Shown: positions 1-15,320, numbered from the stretch's first letter. The stretch is 64,000 bases of DNA from Flaccisagitta enflata (GCA_965153355.1 OZ231126.1:4526001-4590000), one strand, 5' to 3'. Numbers and translations: made by a program. Notes: generated by a model from the sequence alone, not told the origin.

Positions 1-798
1 GGTGGATGCGGATGTGGATGCGGATGCGGATGTGGATGGGAATGCGGATGCGGATGCGGATTTGGATGCGGATGCGGATGTGGATGGGAATGCGGGGGCG
101 GATGCAGATGCGATTTGAGATGCAGATACAGATGCGGATGCAGATGCGCATTTGGATGCAGATGCGGATGCGGATGCGGATGCGGATGCGGATGCCACAG
201 CCGAATCCACAAGCCGTTTTGCGGCATCTTGGAACGGAGACGCCTGACTGATCTCATGCTGCGGTGGTGCGTTGCACTCTACAGCATGACGCAGCTGCGA
301 TGCATCAGGCGCTGCAGCATGAGTGGCATTTGAATCATCGTTTGGTGGAAGAGAGGAAGTGGCTGCAGGGAGAGAGGGAGTAGATGAGGGAAGAGGAGGA
401 GGAGGAGGAGAAGTGGCGGGAGGTAGATCATGCGAAGATGGCGAAAACTCCTTTGAGTTATTGGAGGTAGTTGTGACTTCGACGGTGTCCATTTTGGCGT
501 CATTTTGGGTGTCTGTTGCAACGGCATCTGTTGAAACGGCATCTGTGGCAACAACATCTGTGGCAACAGCATCTGTTACAGCCGCGCCGCTTTCAGGGGT
601 GATGGGCAGATGCAGCATTGATGAGGAGGATGAGGAAGAAAGGCGACGAGGTGAAGCGGTATTGGCGGCAGCATTAGCAGCAGCATTAGCAGCAGCATTA
701 GCAGCAGCATTCATAACAGGAGTGGTCGAAGACGAGGAGCTTATAAACGGAGTTTTCAAGTCATCACTTTCCATTAGTGTCTCTTGGTTATGATCCCG

Positions 799-889
<91 letters not shown>

Positions 890-1286
890 AATTGGTGTTG
901 TTGCTTCCAGAGATAATGATGTAGCTGTTGTTGCTGTTTCAATTTGTCAAGAATGGCGTGATGGCAATGTCCCATTGAAGCAACCAACTCTTTATCTACC
1001 GCGACAAACTGGCCGCCGCAGCTGCAATGCGTCGGCGGCTGCGCGGACGAGACTGCTGCAGCTGTTGCTGCTGCCGCCGCTGCTGTTGGGTATAAAGCGG
1101 CATCGAGAGCAGAAGGATTATAATGATGATGATGATGAAGAAGAAATTGATGTTGATGATGATAAGGTGGTATAAAAGTAGGAGGAGGAGGAGGAGGAGG
1201 AGGAGCGACGAGGAAGGAGGAAGGGGATAAGTTGGAAGTGGATGCGTGGAGACGAAGAGGCACACCCAAAGACTCCAATCGGGCAG
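1..1286 (-). CDS. Gene A terminal exon (partial, runs off window start)
   Basis: CTTCCCACAG acceptor phase 1; mirrors 32405-33954. Confidence 0.8.
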
Positions 1287-2647
1287 CTGTGGGAAGGGTG
1301 GTGGTGGTATGGAATAGTGTTGTGTTGTGTGGTTTGGCGTAGTGTGGTGTAGAGTGGTTTGGCATAGTGCGGTGAAAAGTGGTTTGGCATGGTGGGGTGT
1401 TAAGTGGTTTGGCATGGTGTGGTGTTGCGTGGTTTGGCAAGGTGTGGTATTGTGTGGTTTGGCATGGTGTGTTGTTGTGTGGTTTGGCATGGTGTGGTGT
1501 TGTGTGTGTTTTGGCATAGTTTGGTGTTGTGTGGTTTGGCATTGTGTAGTGTTGTGTGGTTTGGTGTGGTGTTGTGTGGCAAACGAGGTGTGGCATGTTG
1601 TGTTGCGTTAGTAGGAAAAAAGAAAACAATGATTAGATGAGGAAAAACTCGGTTTTAGATTTGAAATCAGTTTGACAAAAAAAGACTAAGATGAGAGATC
1701 ATGATATCAAATCATATATTGATCAACGAATCGACACAGACAATGATGGATAAAATGAGAAAAGGGAGAAGGAAAAGACAGACATCAGGCATAACTCACA
1801 ATGACAAAACTTGCATTTTTCAAGTGGGAGAGAGAGTCTATAACAAACTTTATATCAGCGACAGTCGGTACCTGAGAATGTTCCTTTTCGGTCAAAAATG
1901 TAGTCTTTCTTTAAAGATGTTGGAAACTTGAGGCTCATTTTGCCCGCAATCAAATCTCCTGCAAAGCAAACGAAACCATTAATCAATACAACCTGGCAAA
2001 GGCAAAGGCAAGGGCAAAGGAAAGGGCAATGGAAAAGGAAAAGGCAAAGGCAAAGGCAAAGTGAAAGGCAAGGGCGAAGGCAAAGGCAAGGGCTAAGAAA
2101 AAGGCAAGGGCTAAGAAAAAGGCAAGGGCTAAGAAAAAGGCAAGGGCTAAAGCAAAGGAAAAGGCAATGGAAAAGGAAAAGGCAAGGGCAAAGGAAAAGG
2201 CAAAGGCAAAGGCAAAGGCAAAGGCAAGGGCAAAGGCAAAGTGAAAGGCAAGGGCTAAGAAAAAGGCAAGGGCTAAGAAAAAGGCAAGGGCTAAGGCAAA
2301 GACAAATGAAAAGGCAAAGGCAAAGACAAAGGCAAAGGCAAAGGAAAAAGCAAGGGCAAAGGAAAAGGCAAGGGCAAAGGAAAAGGCAAGGGCAAAGGCA
2401 AGGGCAAAGGAAAAGGCAAAGGTAAGGGCAAAGGCAAGGGCAAAGGAAAAGGCATGGGCAAAGGCAAAGTCAAAGGCAAGGGCAAAAGAAAAGGAAAAGG
2501 GCAAAGGCAAAGACAAAGGCAGGGGCAAGGCAAAGTATTTTATATCCATTTAAAGTCATTTTCTTTTGAAAGTAATGTAAGGAAAAATACATAATAAAGT
2601 AACCGTCATTGTAGATCGTCTTGAATTTGACGACTGACTGAGCGACT

Positions 2648-2745
<98 letters not shown>

Positions 2746-5700
2746 GAAACAGACAGAAAAACAGACAGGCAGATGGGCTCTTCATGTTTGCATGCGTAAA
2801 TAAAAGCATACCGTTGGTCCCGCTTGAAGGCATATTTGCGATGGAGGGTGGGATGACGTTGCCGATCGGAATTGGTCCAAGTTGGTGGTTAACCGGAAGT
2901 GGCCCAAGTTGGTTGTTGACGATCGGATTGGGATTCTTACGACCGACTTCGACGCCGGAATCGCTTCCCGATGACGAGGCGCTGGAGCCTCGGTCTGCCA
3001 CTCCTCCGGGCGCCGCCGGATGATGATTATCGACGATATTGTCGACCGCATCCTCGACGTCATCGTTAACGTCAACATCGTCCACATCGGCGACATTGGC
3101 GACATCATTGTCGACGACGTCATCCACGTCATCCTCGTGGTTCAGCGTTTGAAGAGAGTTTGGAGGTGATGCGGATAAAGCTGAGGATACGAAAGGCTTT
3201 CGACGACAACTTGGATGATGATAATGAGGAAGTTGCTGTAGTTGATGCCGATGATGAAGACACTGAGGATGATGCTGAGGATGATGATGAGAATGATTTT
3301 GATGATGCAGCAAAAAAGATTCCCTTTCTACTTCCGCCGCCGCCGCCGCCGCAGCAGTAGCAGCAGCTGCAGCCGTGGAAGAAACAGTGGAGGATGAGTT
3401 TTCCGCCGCTGCTGCCGCCGTCGCTTCAGCAACTGAAGCTGTAGCATCAAAGGAGGGAAAATAACTGATTGCCGCTGCGGAATCAACATTTCCCGATTCG
3501 CAGCAGCAATGAAGAGGAGCAGATGGAGGAGGAGGAGGGTAATCCCGCTGATGATGAGGATGAAGGCAGTGAAGATGAGGGAGAGGGGGAAGAGGAGGAT
3601 GCGAAGAACAAGGAGGAGGAAGAGTATTGTCAATGTGATCGTCAGTGGCGGCGGCGTCTACGGCAGTTGCGGCAGGGGTGGTGGTGGTGGCTGCGGCAGC
3701 GGTCAATTGACTCACGCTGCCTTCGCGACTGACGGGCTTCAAACTAACACCGACGATGCTGTTGTTGCTGTTGCTATTGCTGTTACTGCGGCAGGCCCCA
3801 TTTCCGGGTATAGAATAACTGTTGCCGCACTTTTGAACGCGACAAGAAGAGGAAGCGGTAGCGATGCCAGTGCGATGCAGATGATGCTGTTGATTAAGGT
3901 TAGGGTTACCGCAGCGGCCACTAACCGCTGTTGCGACAGAAGCATCTTGACGATGCTGTTGTCTCTGCTGTTGTTGTTGTTGTTGTTGTTGTTGTTGTCT
4001 TTGTGGATTATGCTGTTGTTGTTGTTGCTGGTGTTGATTGACGTCATTGTTGATGTTGTTAGACATGTTTTGTATCCGATGCTGACAACCATCTTGAGAG
4101 GATGACGACATCTTGGAGGCGACTTCACTCGGAAGCACTGGCAAGAAGCAGCTGTAAGAAGAGGAGAGAAACAGATACCGACTGTAAGGGCTGGTTAAAG
4201 AGAATTCAAAAAAAGAAACAGATACCGACTGTAAGGGCTGGTTAAAGAAAAAACTAAGGACAGATAAAAGGTAAGGGCTGGTAAAATACACAAAAGACCG
4301 CTGGTTAAAAGGAACTAAAAAAAGAAACAGATACCGACTGTAAGGGCTGGTTAAAGGAAACGCAAAAAAAGAAACAGATACCGACTGTAAGGGCTGGTTA
4401 AAGAGAATTCAAAAAAAGAAACAAATACCAACTGTAAGGGCTGGTTACAGAAAAAGACTAAGGGCTGGTTAAAAGGAATTAAAAAAAAGAAACAGATAGC
4501 GACTGTAAGGGCAGGTTAAAGGGAACTAAAAAAAAGAAACATACCGACAGTAAGGGCTGGTTAAAGGGAACTCAAACAAAGAGACAGATACCGACTGTAA
4601 GGGCTGGTTAAAGGGTACTCAAACAAAGAAACAGATACCAACTGTAAGGGTTGGTTAAAGGGAACTCAAAAAAAGAAACAGGTACCGAGTACCGTCAGTA
4701 AAGGATGGCTACAGGAAACTCAAAAAAATAAAACAGATACCAACTGTAAGGACTGGTTAAAGGGAACCCATAAAAAGAAACAGAAAAAGACTGTAAGAGC
4801 TTGTTAGAGGGAACCTAAAAAAAAAACAGTTACCAACTGTAAGGGCTGGTTAAAGGGAACTCGAATAAAGAAACAGATACCAACTGTAAGAGCTGGTTAA
4901 AGGCCGACGATCAATAACATCTAACAACCAATTAATTAAATTACATCCATACAAGTAAGATAAATACGCCGTAAGGCTCAAAATCTCACAAGCAATCTAA
5001 AAAAAAAAACAAGTGACGCAGGGCCACAATATCGTTGCGGTCGGGTGGGTAGGGGCATCCAACCCCCAGCTACACCCCAACCCATTGCCAACACTCAAAC
5101 ATACACAAAAAATATCAAAAACGCTCGTTTTCCCACTTTTCAACTCAATGACCACGGACCAACGGACGGACAAAGCCTCTTATAGAGTTGCGTGTCTGCA
5201 ACTAAAAAAAAAAGCAAACATGAAACATAGAAAGGTATCATTACATGTTTAATGGATATGCTCACCGTTGACAAGAAGTCATCGAATGATAAGGATGAGG
5301 ATGAGGATGAGGATGAGGATGAGGATGAGAAGGGTATCGAGGATGATGCTGACACAGTGGATAATGATGGAGGTTGTTGATCAATCTATGATTGATATTG
5401 CCGAATTTGTTGTAGTCAGTGCTGTTGTTGTTATTGTTGATGTTGTTTTTGTTGTTGTTATGAGCGCAAGGGTAAAGCATTTCTCCTCTGCAGCTGCGTC
5501 GTCTTCGGCCACCGCCGCCGCCGCAGCCGCCGCCGCTTGTCAGATCACTCACGCTTCCAGCAGAGCCGCGCGAAAAACAGCTGCGGAAAACACAAGAAAA
5601 AGTGTGTGTGGAATGAGAGGGAGATGCGAAGGTAGGGGAAGGAGGTAGAGGGAGGGAGGGTGAGGGAGACATAAAGGGGAGGAGGAGAAAGAAATAGAGA

Positions 5701-6124
5701 GAAAGTGAGACAGTGAGGGAGCAACAGGGAGGGAAAATTACTTGAGGGACCAAAGTTTTTTATCCGTTTTAGGCAAATTTCCGTTACTCTTGGATCCAGT
5801 ATAACGGGGTGTGAACAGGGGCGTATTTGAGCCCAAATTTTTCGGGCAGCAACCCAAAATCTGTGTCCCAACGAGTCTTGTGTCCCAATTATTTTTAGTT
5901 GCGGACACGCAACTCTACACCTGGGTGAAAACTTTGAAATGAGAAATGATTTGGTTGATGAAAAGGGTTGAGGGCATCAACCTAGACAACTATATGAAGT
6001 GGTTGAATAGGCTCTGTAGATCGATCCCATAGAACCTCATTGTATTACAGCTGGAAATATTTCAAACCTCTCTCTTTTTCTTTCTCTTTCTCTTTCTCAA
6101 TCACTCACTCACTCTTTCACTCTC

Positions 6125-6170
<46 letters not shown>

Positions 6171-9100
6171 GTGTCCCGATGGGGTTTGTGCCCCAACAAA
6201 AAGGGCAGCAGCTGCTGCCCCTGACGCCCCGTCAAATACGCCCCTGGGTGTGAATGTCCCTACATGAAGACAGACAGACCTGTCAAGTGACAAACCATCT
6301 TATATAGATGCTTTGCAAAATAGAGCGTTTAACTTCTGGGCTAGGGAGTAACAACAGAACAAGAAATCATCAATCATCACATTTCACACATTGATGATTT
6401 AAGAAGAATTGTTGTACCTCAAGCAGCGGCTGAAAAATGATGGGGATTTGTTCTGATTGTTCTTTTGTCTGGTTGCGATGGTTTCTTCAAATGCCGCGTG
6501 AGGGCAGCACGCAGACGCGTAAGCCAGGCTCACAGCAGACGATTCCGAAATACGACCTGAAAGATCAAATATGAAAGAATTTTTGATGATTGAGGTTTAA
6601 AAACAGTAACATTTTGCGAGACCCATTGTTGTTTTTGTTGTTGTTGTTGTTATTGTTGTTGTTATTGTTGTTGTTGTTGTTGTTGTCCCTGTTGTTGTTG
6701 TCCATGTTGTTGTTGTCCCTGTTGTTGTTGTCCCTGTTGTTGCTAATGTTCGTCTTCTTGTCATTGCAATTCCGAAGAAAGCGAGTGGATCATTAAATGT
6801 TTGCGTGAAGGACCAACCAACCGACCAATCGACTGACCAGCTGACCAATCGAATGACCAACTGACCAATCGACCGACCAACTGACCAATCAACCGACCGA
6901 CTGGCGGAAGGACACAACCGATCGTACAGGTGCTAAGGCGCACCTAAAAGCCACAAGTGAAGGGTCCTCCTTCACTAAGAATAAGCCGCCCGATGCTACT
7001 TAAGTATTTGTTCAGTGTTCACCGTTGTTACCGCCCCCTCGACCCCCCCCCCACGTCCCCACGCCCCCACGCCCCTCCCTTGATCAACTTTAATAAGCAC
7101 AAAGTGGGCAGTCTCGCTAATAAACAAGTTTCCACATTATCTGCTTCCCAGAGAGAGACAGAGAATGAGATCAGAATTCAAAAATGTGACCTACTTACAT
7201 ACCGACCGGCACAGCAAGGTGTAGAGTCGCGTATCCGCGACTAAAAACGCAAGACGCATCGTCTTGGCCCGTGTATCTGGCCTTGCTTTTCGGCAGCGGC
7301 TCCAAAGGGGTCGATGGCCGAGGCATTCACACATATGGGGAATATACTCCTCCTCCTTTTTTTTTCTTTTTCTTTTTCTTTTTCTTTTTCTTTTTCTTCT
7401 TCTTCTTCTTCTCCTCCTTCTCCGCCCCCCACCCCCTTTAACTTTTTCTTTTTCTTCTTCTTTTTCTTTATCTTCTCCTTCTTTTTCTCCTTCTTCTTCT
7501 TCTCCTTCTCCGTCCCCCACCCCATTAACTATGATCAAGCCAAAAGGCCCCAATCCTAATCTTGAGGCCAAATTTCCAGTCTGAAGGACCAAATCACAGG
7601 CGCAAAACCCAAATACCAGTTTTGAGGCCCCAGCAAGAGGCAAGGCCTAAATCTCAGCCCAAATTCTGATTGCTAGAAAGTGACGGAGGAGGAGTGAATT
7701 CCTAAAATGTGTGAAAGCATAGGTCATCAACCCTTTGAGGCCACAGCCATTCGCCCTGCCTCAACTTCAATCACAACCAAGGGCGCGGGTACCGCTTACC
7801 ATCTAACGCTTTTGCGACTATTTTATTTTCTCTTTTATCATCTTAGAGGACGTTTGCCTCAGTAGGCGCAGAAAGGAGAAAGAAAATATTATACTCTTTT
7901 ATAGGGCAAAAAAACTGCTTTCCATTTTTTAGAAAAAGGGGAGAGGAAGTTTGCGGGGGTCAGAGTGAAGAAAGGAAGCTTTAGTGAAGAAAAACGCCAC
8001 ATAAAATGAAGAAAAAAACCAATAACCACCAATCTTCTTTTGACGTTGATTTGAAAGAACATTGGAGCTCTAGAAAAAAAATCGATGGGAGCTTGCTGTG
8101 GAAAGACCAAAGTCGGGATTGTAAAGGGCAAAACCGGGCACAATTTTCAGTGTTTATGACAGATGGAAAGTCGAATTTAACTTGAATTTATTGTCTAACT
8201 TTCATATCATTTTTTGGCGGACATTTCATCTCACAATGGAACAAGGCCGGATACACGGCTACCTAAGACGGTAAATTTTTGAAGAAAAAATATGCGTTTC
8301 AGCCCAGTTTTTTTTTTAATACTGGAAAAATAATTCAGCCACAAGCACTTCTATGAGACGAATTGTCACCAGACACACTGTATGTGTACAGCTGTATCCA
8401 AAAATATGCTTAAAACCGTCTTTTGATATGCTTAAAAAAAAAAAAGGCAGGAAAATGAGGATCTTTGATGAAATTCCGCTAACAAATTTTTACATGACAT
8501 TGTACATTTATTGATATATACAGAGGCTGAAGCCGCACCACACCTGATTAAACCTTTTAATCCCCCCTCAGGGTTCCTAGTTAGACACCCAAGCGATATC
8601 TAGGGCCACTTTTTATCCTGAACCTCAAGATTGATCAAGAAAGTCTCGCTTGTTGGTTGACAAAATTTATTTGCATATATTTAGATAATCAGGAAAAAAG
8701 TCATTTTCTGGTATTGAAAATCAATTGGACTATCGGCGAAGCATAAGTTTAGCTTACTAGCACCCCTGAGAGTGTAGTTCATCAAAAAAAACCACTAACA
8801 GTCATCCTGAATAGCAGGAAATAAAATAAATTCACGCCTGATGACAGAATAATAAAGATTCAGAAAAAACGTTTTACTGCGGTCTAAATTCTAAGATTTC
8901 CTAACGCGACAACATTTTGCATTTTGAAAAACATAGTTCTCTCCGTAATCGATTTTGGAAGAAAACTATGTTTTTATTTTTTCCATTTTTTCATTTTCTA
9001 TGCAAATTTAGAATTTAGACCGACCTCATGTCAGTTCAGAAATAGGAAATTTTTCATTTGGTGGACATTTTTGTCGATCGAGTTATTATTGATCCTGCTA

Positions 9101-12100
9101 TAAGATAGAAATTCGCAGATATTACAGTAAAAGTCATTCAATGCAATCCTGGTTACTTGTGAATGGGCAGGGATAGATATTTCGATGATTGGGCAGGGTC
9201 ATTAATGGGAAAAATTGATCAAACAGGACATAGAACCCCAGAAAGCTCCCAGCATCATGATTAGAGCCATGCACGCACTTGAAATTGAATGGTCTTTCTT
9301 TCTCAGCATCGAAGGGCAGTTTTGGCATTGCTGCCCCTGCCCAATTGCATTTTCTTCATAACCCCTGCCCACCCCAACCAAATAAGCCTGTCTCTGCACT
9401 TTAAGTTTTTAGTCGCGTGCAACGCGACTCTACACCCCGCTTTGTCAGTCCGTCCATTGGTCCGTCCGTCCGTTGGTCCGTTGGTCCGTCCATCCGTCCG
9501 TCAGTCGGTCCGTCCGTCGGTCCGTCCATCACACTACTTTTAGGTTTTTGCGGTCTTTGGCCTCACTGCTCCTGCCTTGTTATCCGGCCTTGTTATCCAT
9601 CCAGCCTCAGGCGACTGCTAATGATAATACAGCTAGTCGTGTTTTTCCATCATGTGCGTCCTCACACATCTATGAGGCTGGTTGGTTGGTCAGTCTGCCT
9701 GTCAGCCTTAGAATCTGACTGTCCGTTAAGAATTACGAGATTCAAAGCTTTTTCATAACTTGACATTGTTCCAAAGAATATTTGTTTTCTTTCAATCATC
9801 ATTTCAGCCTACAAAAAGTGTTCTTTTGCTCTCAAATCCAGCTTTATTCATCTCCAGTTGGCCATTTTGTTTTTTGTTTTCATTTTCAAACGCACGATTA
9901 AAAAGACAGAACAAAAAAAAAAAAAAAAACGAAACAAGAAGAAGAAAAAGATGATGATGAGGATAATTGACAGAAAGATGATGGGCAGAAACGGAAAGAA
10001 GAAAAAAGAAGAAGAAGAAGAAGAAGCAGAAGAAGGAGAAGAAGAAGAAGAAGAAGAAGAAGAAGAAGACTGTTACAGATGGATTTACCATTTGTGTGCG
10101 TGCTTGCACATCTGTAGGAGGTCAAGTCTGTTGGTCAGTCGGTCTTTCTGTCCTTTTGATGCTAACTCTGCTAACTCTGGCGTCTCACTTCATTTCATTA
10201 ACATCGCATGCTCTCTCACATTCATTTTCATGCAGTGGTTCATTCATCCATGCATGATGAATTCATTCATTCATGATGTAAAGTCAACAAAAAAGGTTTA
10301 TCCATCGAAACGTTCATTCATACAATCCTAATCAGTGAGGAGCACATATTGGCCATAACCTGGCCTTGTTATAGTTAAATGATTGTGGTATTGAAGAATC
10401 AAATTGGTACGTTTTTGCATTTTTAGTTGCGGACACGCAACTCCTTAAGAGGCTTTGTCCGTCCATCCGTCAGTCCGTCCGTTGGTCCATCTGTCCGTTG
10501 GTCCGTGAACACAAGTTGAAAACTGGGAATATGAGCGTTTTTCAATACTTTTTGCATACTTTTGTGTGTTTGGGGGGGATTGCGATGTGGATGAGGGTTG
10601 GACGCCCCTGCCCACCTGTCCGCATATTGTGACCCTGCGTCACTTGTTCTTCATTACAATACTACATCCATTGTGAGCTTTAACACAAAATAAGACAGAC
10701 TTCTTTTGAAAACAAAATTTACTCTATCAGTAAACTTTGTTTATATAAATATAAATATAGATTATATTGAAAAAATTTTATTAATTTTTCGATATAAATT
10801 ATTTGCTATTTGATAAATGATTTAATAAAACATGAATTGTTTATAGAAATTATAAAAAAAATATTGAATGACCAAAATCTGCATTTTCAACAAATATACT
10901 GTTGTTATTTTGAATTTTTTTGCCAATCTCAATTACTCCACTCAGAACTAGGAAAAATATTCCCCTTAGGACCTTCAAATATGTAGACCAGGGCCATTGC
11001 AGGTCCAAAATAGGCCAAAAATAGGCTAAAAATGGTCTAAGAAGCAAAATGGCAAAAATCTGCATTTTCTTTAATCTGATGGTAGTTATTCAGAATTTTT
11101 TTGCCATCATCACTCATTTAACTTGGAACTAGGAAAAATATTTTCAATGGAACCTTTCATACTTACACCAGGGATGTAACAGGCAAAAAACAGGCCAAAA
11201 ATAGCATAAAATGGCCAAAATTGGCATTTACACTTAAGAAAGTAATTATTACGTAAAATATTTTTGCCAATTTCACTCAAATCATTTAGATCAGCATCAA
11301 ATATACTTATTGAGAGCTTTGAACACTAAGAGCAGAGCTATAATAGGCCAAAAACAGGACAAGACTGGCCAAAATCTGCTTTACCATCTAGAAATTTATT
11401 GTTCTTTCATATCTTTTGCAAAAAAAATGCATATTTTGGCTATTTTAGGTCATTTTTGGCCTGTTATTGCCCTGGTGTGAGTGTTTACAGGTCTTAAGGG
11501 GTATATTTTTTGTACTTCTGAGTTGAATGGATGAAATCAGCAAAAAAAAACCAGAATTAGAACCACTCAATAGATGAAAAAGCAGATTTTGGACATTTTG
11601 GACATTTTGGGCCATATTTGGTTTGTTTTTGGCCCTTTACAAATTTGGTAAGACCGTCAGATTTTTTCAGATGACATATTAACCTCAGTCTTTGTAAGGG
11701 TCAAATAAAAACCCATTGGTGCGACAACCAGAAGCTCAAAAAAGTCAAAAAAAGGCATTTTTACCTCAAAAATTGCAAAAAAAATTGATTTTTGGAAGGG
11801 GGGCCTAAAAAATATTTAAAAATAAAGGTCAGATTTGTGTTCAGCATGAAAAAATATGTCAGAATAGTGGAGTTCCAGTGTTTTTTTTTGAAAATTTTGT
11901 ACCTACATTTCCTTAAGTTCTGACTATTATCTGATTTTATCAATTTTTAGCTAAATTTACTCATATTTTGGAAATGAAAGCAGATTTTGCATTCAAATTT
12001 TTGCTAGTGACATATCTCAAGTACCTACATGAACCAGTTTCATCAGTTTTGTCAAAAGTGAATGTTCATTTTTGAACCCCTTTGACACACTAAATGTTGC

Positions 12101-15100
12101 CTTCGGAGGAACGCCGTCCTAAGTCGCGTGCGGATGGGCAGGGGCTGTATTTGTGGTCACTTGATCATTTGGGTAGGAGCAGTGAGGCCATAGACCGCAA
12201 AAACCCAAAAAAAGTAAAGTGTGATGGACGGACTGACGGATGGACGGACCGACAAAGCGGGGTGTAGAGTCACGTAGCACGCGACTAAAAAAATGGTAGC
12301 GAATAGACTTGTTTAGAGTGTTAAATGGGGGGAGAGGTAAAAGGATTCTATCCCAGTTTCATATACGAGTTTTTATTTTATCCCCGCTCCTGTTTTATGG
12401 GACAGTTAACCCACATAAAGGGTATGATGTTACAATGTTGTTGAATTTTGGTTACAGCGGCAAAAATCATCTGCTCATAACTACTTTTGGTGAACGTTTG
12501 CTTTTGGGTGTGGTGAGGCCTTCTTCGATTTATTTCAGTGTAGGCATAGTGAATTAACCAGGTATATGCTTCCACTTGTCATATACTATCCCAGTTTTAG
12601 TTTCCATTGTCCTTCCCCTCGAATCAGTGAGGAATATGCTTCCTTGTCATATACTATCCCAGTTTTAGCTTCCGTTGTCCTTACCCTCGAATTAGTGAGA
12701 AATATGCTTCCTTGACATATACTATCCCAGTTTTAGCTTCCATTGTCCTTCCCCTCGAAATAGTGAGGAATATGCTTCCACTTGTCATAGACTATCCCAG
12801 TTTCAGCTTCCATTGTCCTTCTCCTGAATTAGTGAGGAATATGCTTTCCCTTGTCATACACGATCCCTGTTTTAGCTTCCATTGTCCTTCCCCTCGAATA
12901 AGTGAGGAATGTGCTTCCACTTGTCATATACTATCCCAGTTTTAGCTTCCATTGTCCTTCCCCTGACCTTTGACCACATGATCAGCCTTATCTTTAGGCT
13001 TTGAGGCGACGCGGAAAACATTCCCATGGAAATTGTGGGTTTCCAATCATTTGATCTTTGACACGTTTCTCCTCCTCTCAGCTCTTAGGGTGAGTTTCTA
13101 GTCACAGACAATCATGTTTTTAACGGGCCTCTTGGTCACTCGCTACGGTTGTTCGCTCGCTAGCATTACTCTGTACACTCACTCACTCCGCAGCGCTCCA
13201 CTTGCTTTGCTTACACTGTTTACGAGCTTGCTTGCTCACTTTGCTTACTCCCCTTGGGACAGTTGAAATTCATAAAAATGTATTCACGCTGAAAACGTGT
13301 TCAATGGGAAGAAACGCGTTTTCGGTCATCACTAGAAACACGCCCTTAGTCTTTCCTTCGTCTTCTTTGAGATGCAGAAGGCGTCAGGAAAATGTTTTTG
13401 TCGTGAACAGAATTAAAAGGAATTGAGAAGGAAAATGTGCTTTAGGTGCGTCTTTGAATCTATTTATAAGAAGCCATATCTGTCATTAACATTGACAATG
13501 CTGATAATACTATCTAGCTCATACATTTACGGACACCTGAAAAAAAAGTGCGGCACCTAAACAAATAAAAATGCTGACCCCAGATTTGTGGCATTTGATA
13601 GAGTAAAAACAACTTCTTAAAATGGAACCAACCTAGAATCCAAAACTCAATTTGTTTAAGCGCAGCATCTTTTCAAAGCTGGTGCTTCTTTTCAGGACTC
13701 CATATATTTTTGAGCTAGATGGTATGGACAAAAGAGGATGTATGGTATGGTCAAAGCCCAAAGGTCAACCAAAACATAGCATGGGCTGAGCTGTTGTTGT
13801 TGTGAGATTAGATTGAAAGCCATTATTTAAGTCGTTCCAAACTCAAGCTTCAAGATATAATAATACTCATCATACAGTACAGTACAGTACAGTACAGTTG
13901 AACCCCGCTCTAACGGATTTCAGGGGACCAACATTTTTTTCTGTTAAATGCGGACTGCTGTTATTGACATCAAAGAAAATAAAAGAAATTAACATAAAGC
14001 GACCATGAATTTGCATATGTTAAAAATGGAATTCCATTGGTGGCGGGTACATTAGCGCGGGGTTCAACTGTATTAATTCCTCCATCCAACTTCTAAGCTC
14101 ATTCACCTATGTGCCCAAAGTTGGTCAAAGTTCACCACTCGAGTTTTGAAAATTCTATTCAAGCTCAACATACCAAAATCTATCTATTCTATTTGATTCA
14201 CCAACAGAGGTACTTTTAAACAAGGCCGGATACATCTGGTATGTCGTTTCTTAAAAGGGGCCCCAAATCCGGCCCCATATCTTGATGCTGGATCTGGGAA
14301 TTGCTATCTGGAGTGGAAAAGGCTAGTCGCTGGCGGGTGGGCAGGGGCAGTGATCGAGTTGGGCAGGAGCAGTTTGGGGCAGGGCGGGGGCTGTAATGTG
14401 CCTAGGCAGGAGCAGTAATGCTCAGAAATCACTATTTCAGTCGATTTCGCGACATCAAAGTTTTCACGTTACCAACATACCGACCAAGGGACACACCCTA
14501 TTATAGAGTCGCTTAGCCAGCGACTAAAAATTCGGTCTAAACCGGTGCACTCAACATTCCTTATTCAAATTCCAAAAGTTTTACTGAAGTACGCCTGAAT
14601 TGTTAAAAAAATTGAAACGGTGAAAAAACTTCTCTTTTTTCAAGATTTTGCAGCTGGATTCTAGAGATATTTTACAGTCTTCTCCTTCTCCTTCTCTCCT
14701 TCTCTCACCATCTCTCCTTTTCTCCTTCCCCTCTCACCATCTCCTTCTCCTTCTCTCCTTCTCCTCTCACCATCTCCCTTTTCAAAGATACACAATTGGG
14801 AAAATAATCCATAATCAACAAACGCCTTCCCCAATTGGGATTTTTACATTCACTTTCACATAGTAAACATAATTCAACAACCCCCCCCCCCCGCCCAAGT
14901 AGACCAATAGGTGCGCCGGGTGGGTCATCAATGGTTTGCGTTACCAACTGAACAACTATTTAATAAATAGTATTTATACAGGTCCGTTTTCGCCTTAAAC
15001 ACATCCCTCACAACCTCCAAATCCCCACAACCTTACAACCCCCACAACCCCCACAATCCCTACAACTGCAAGACAACACCCACAACCCCCACAACCTTAT

Positions 15101-15197
15101 GACATTTTCCCCCTCTTTAACAAACTTTTCCCTTTTTCAAACCCTCTTGAAACAAATGGCCCCATCTCATTATTAACACTCAATCAAGAGATGTCAG

Positions 15198-15272
<75 letters not shown>

Positions 15273-15320
15273 GAGACAGACAGAGGGACAGACAGACAGA
15301 CAGACAGACAAACAACAGAC

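Noticed and set aside
1928-2549. RQ-rich and FA-rich ORFs (also 30514-31218)
   Set aside because: Translation of an intronic hexamer satellite.
12946-13089. Possible plus-strand nested exon following the 66-bp array (TTTTAG ... GTGAGT)
   Set aside because: Stops occur in all three frames and the apparent donor is the TIR of the Harbinger-type MITE.
14880-14950. Extra gene A exon in the 10-kb intron
   Set aside because: The candidate acceptor gives a stop after five codons in the required phase.
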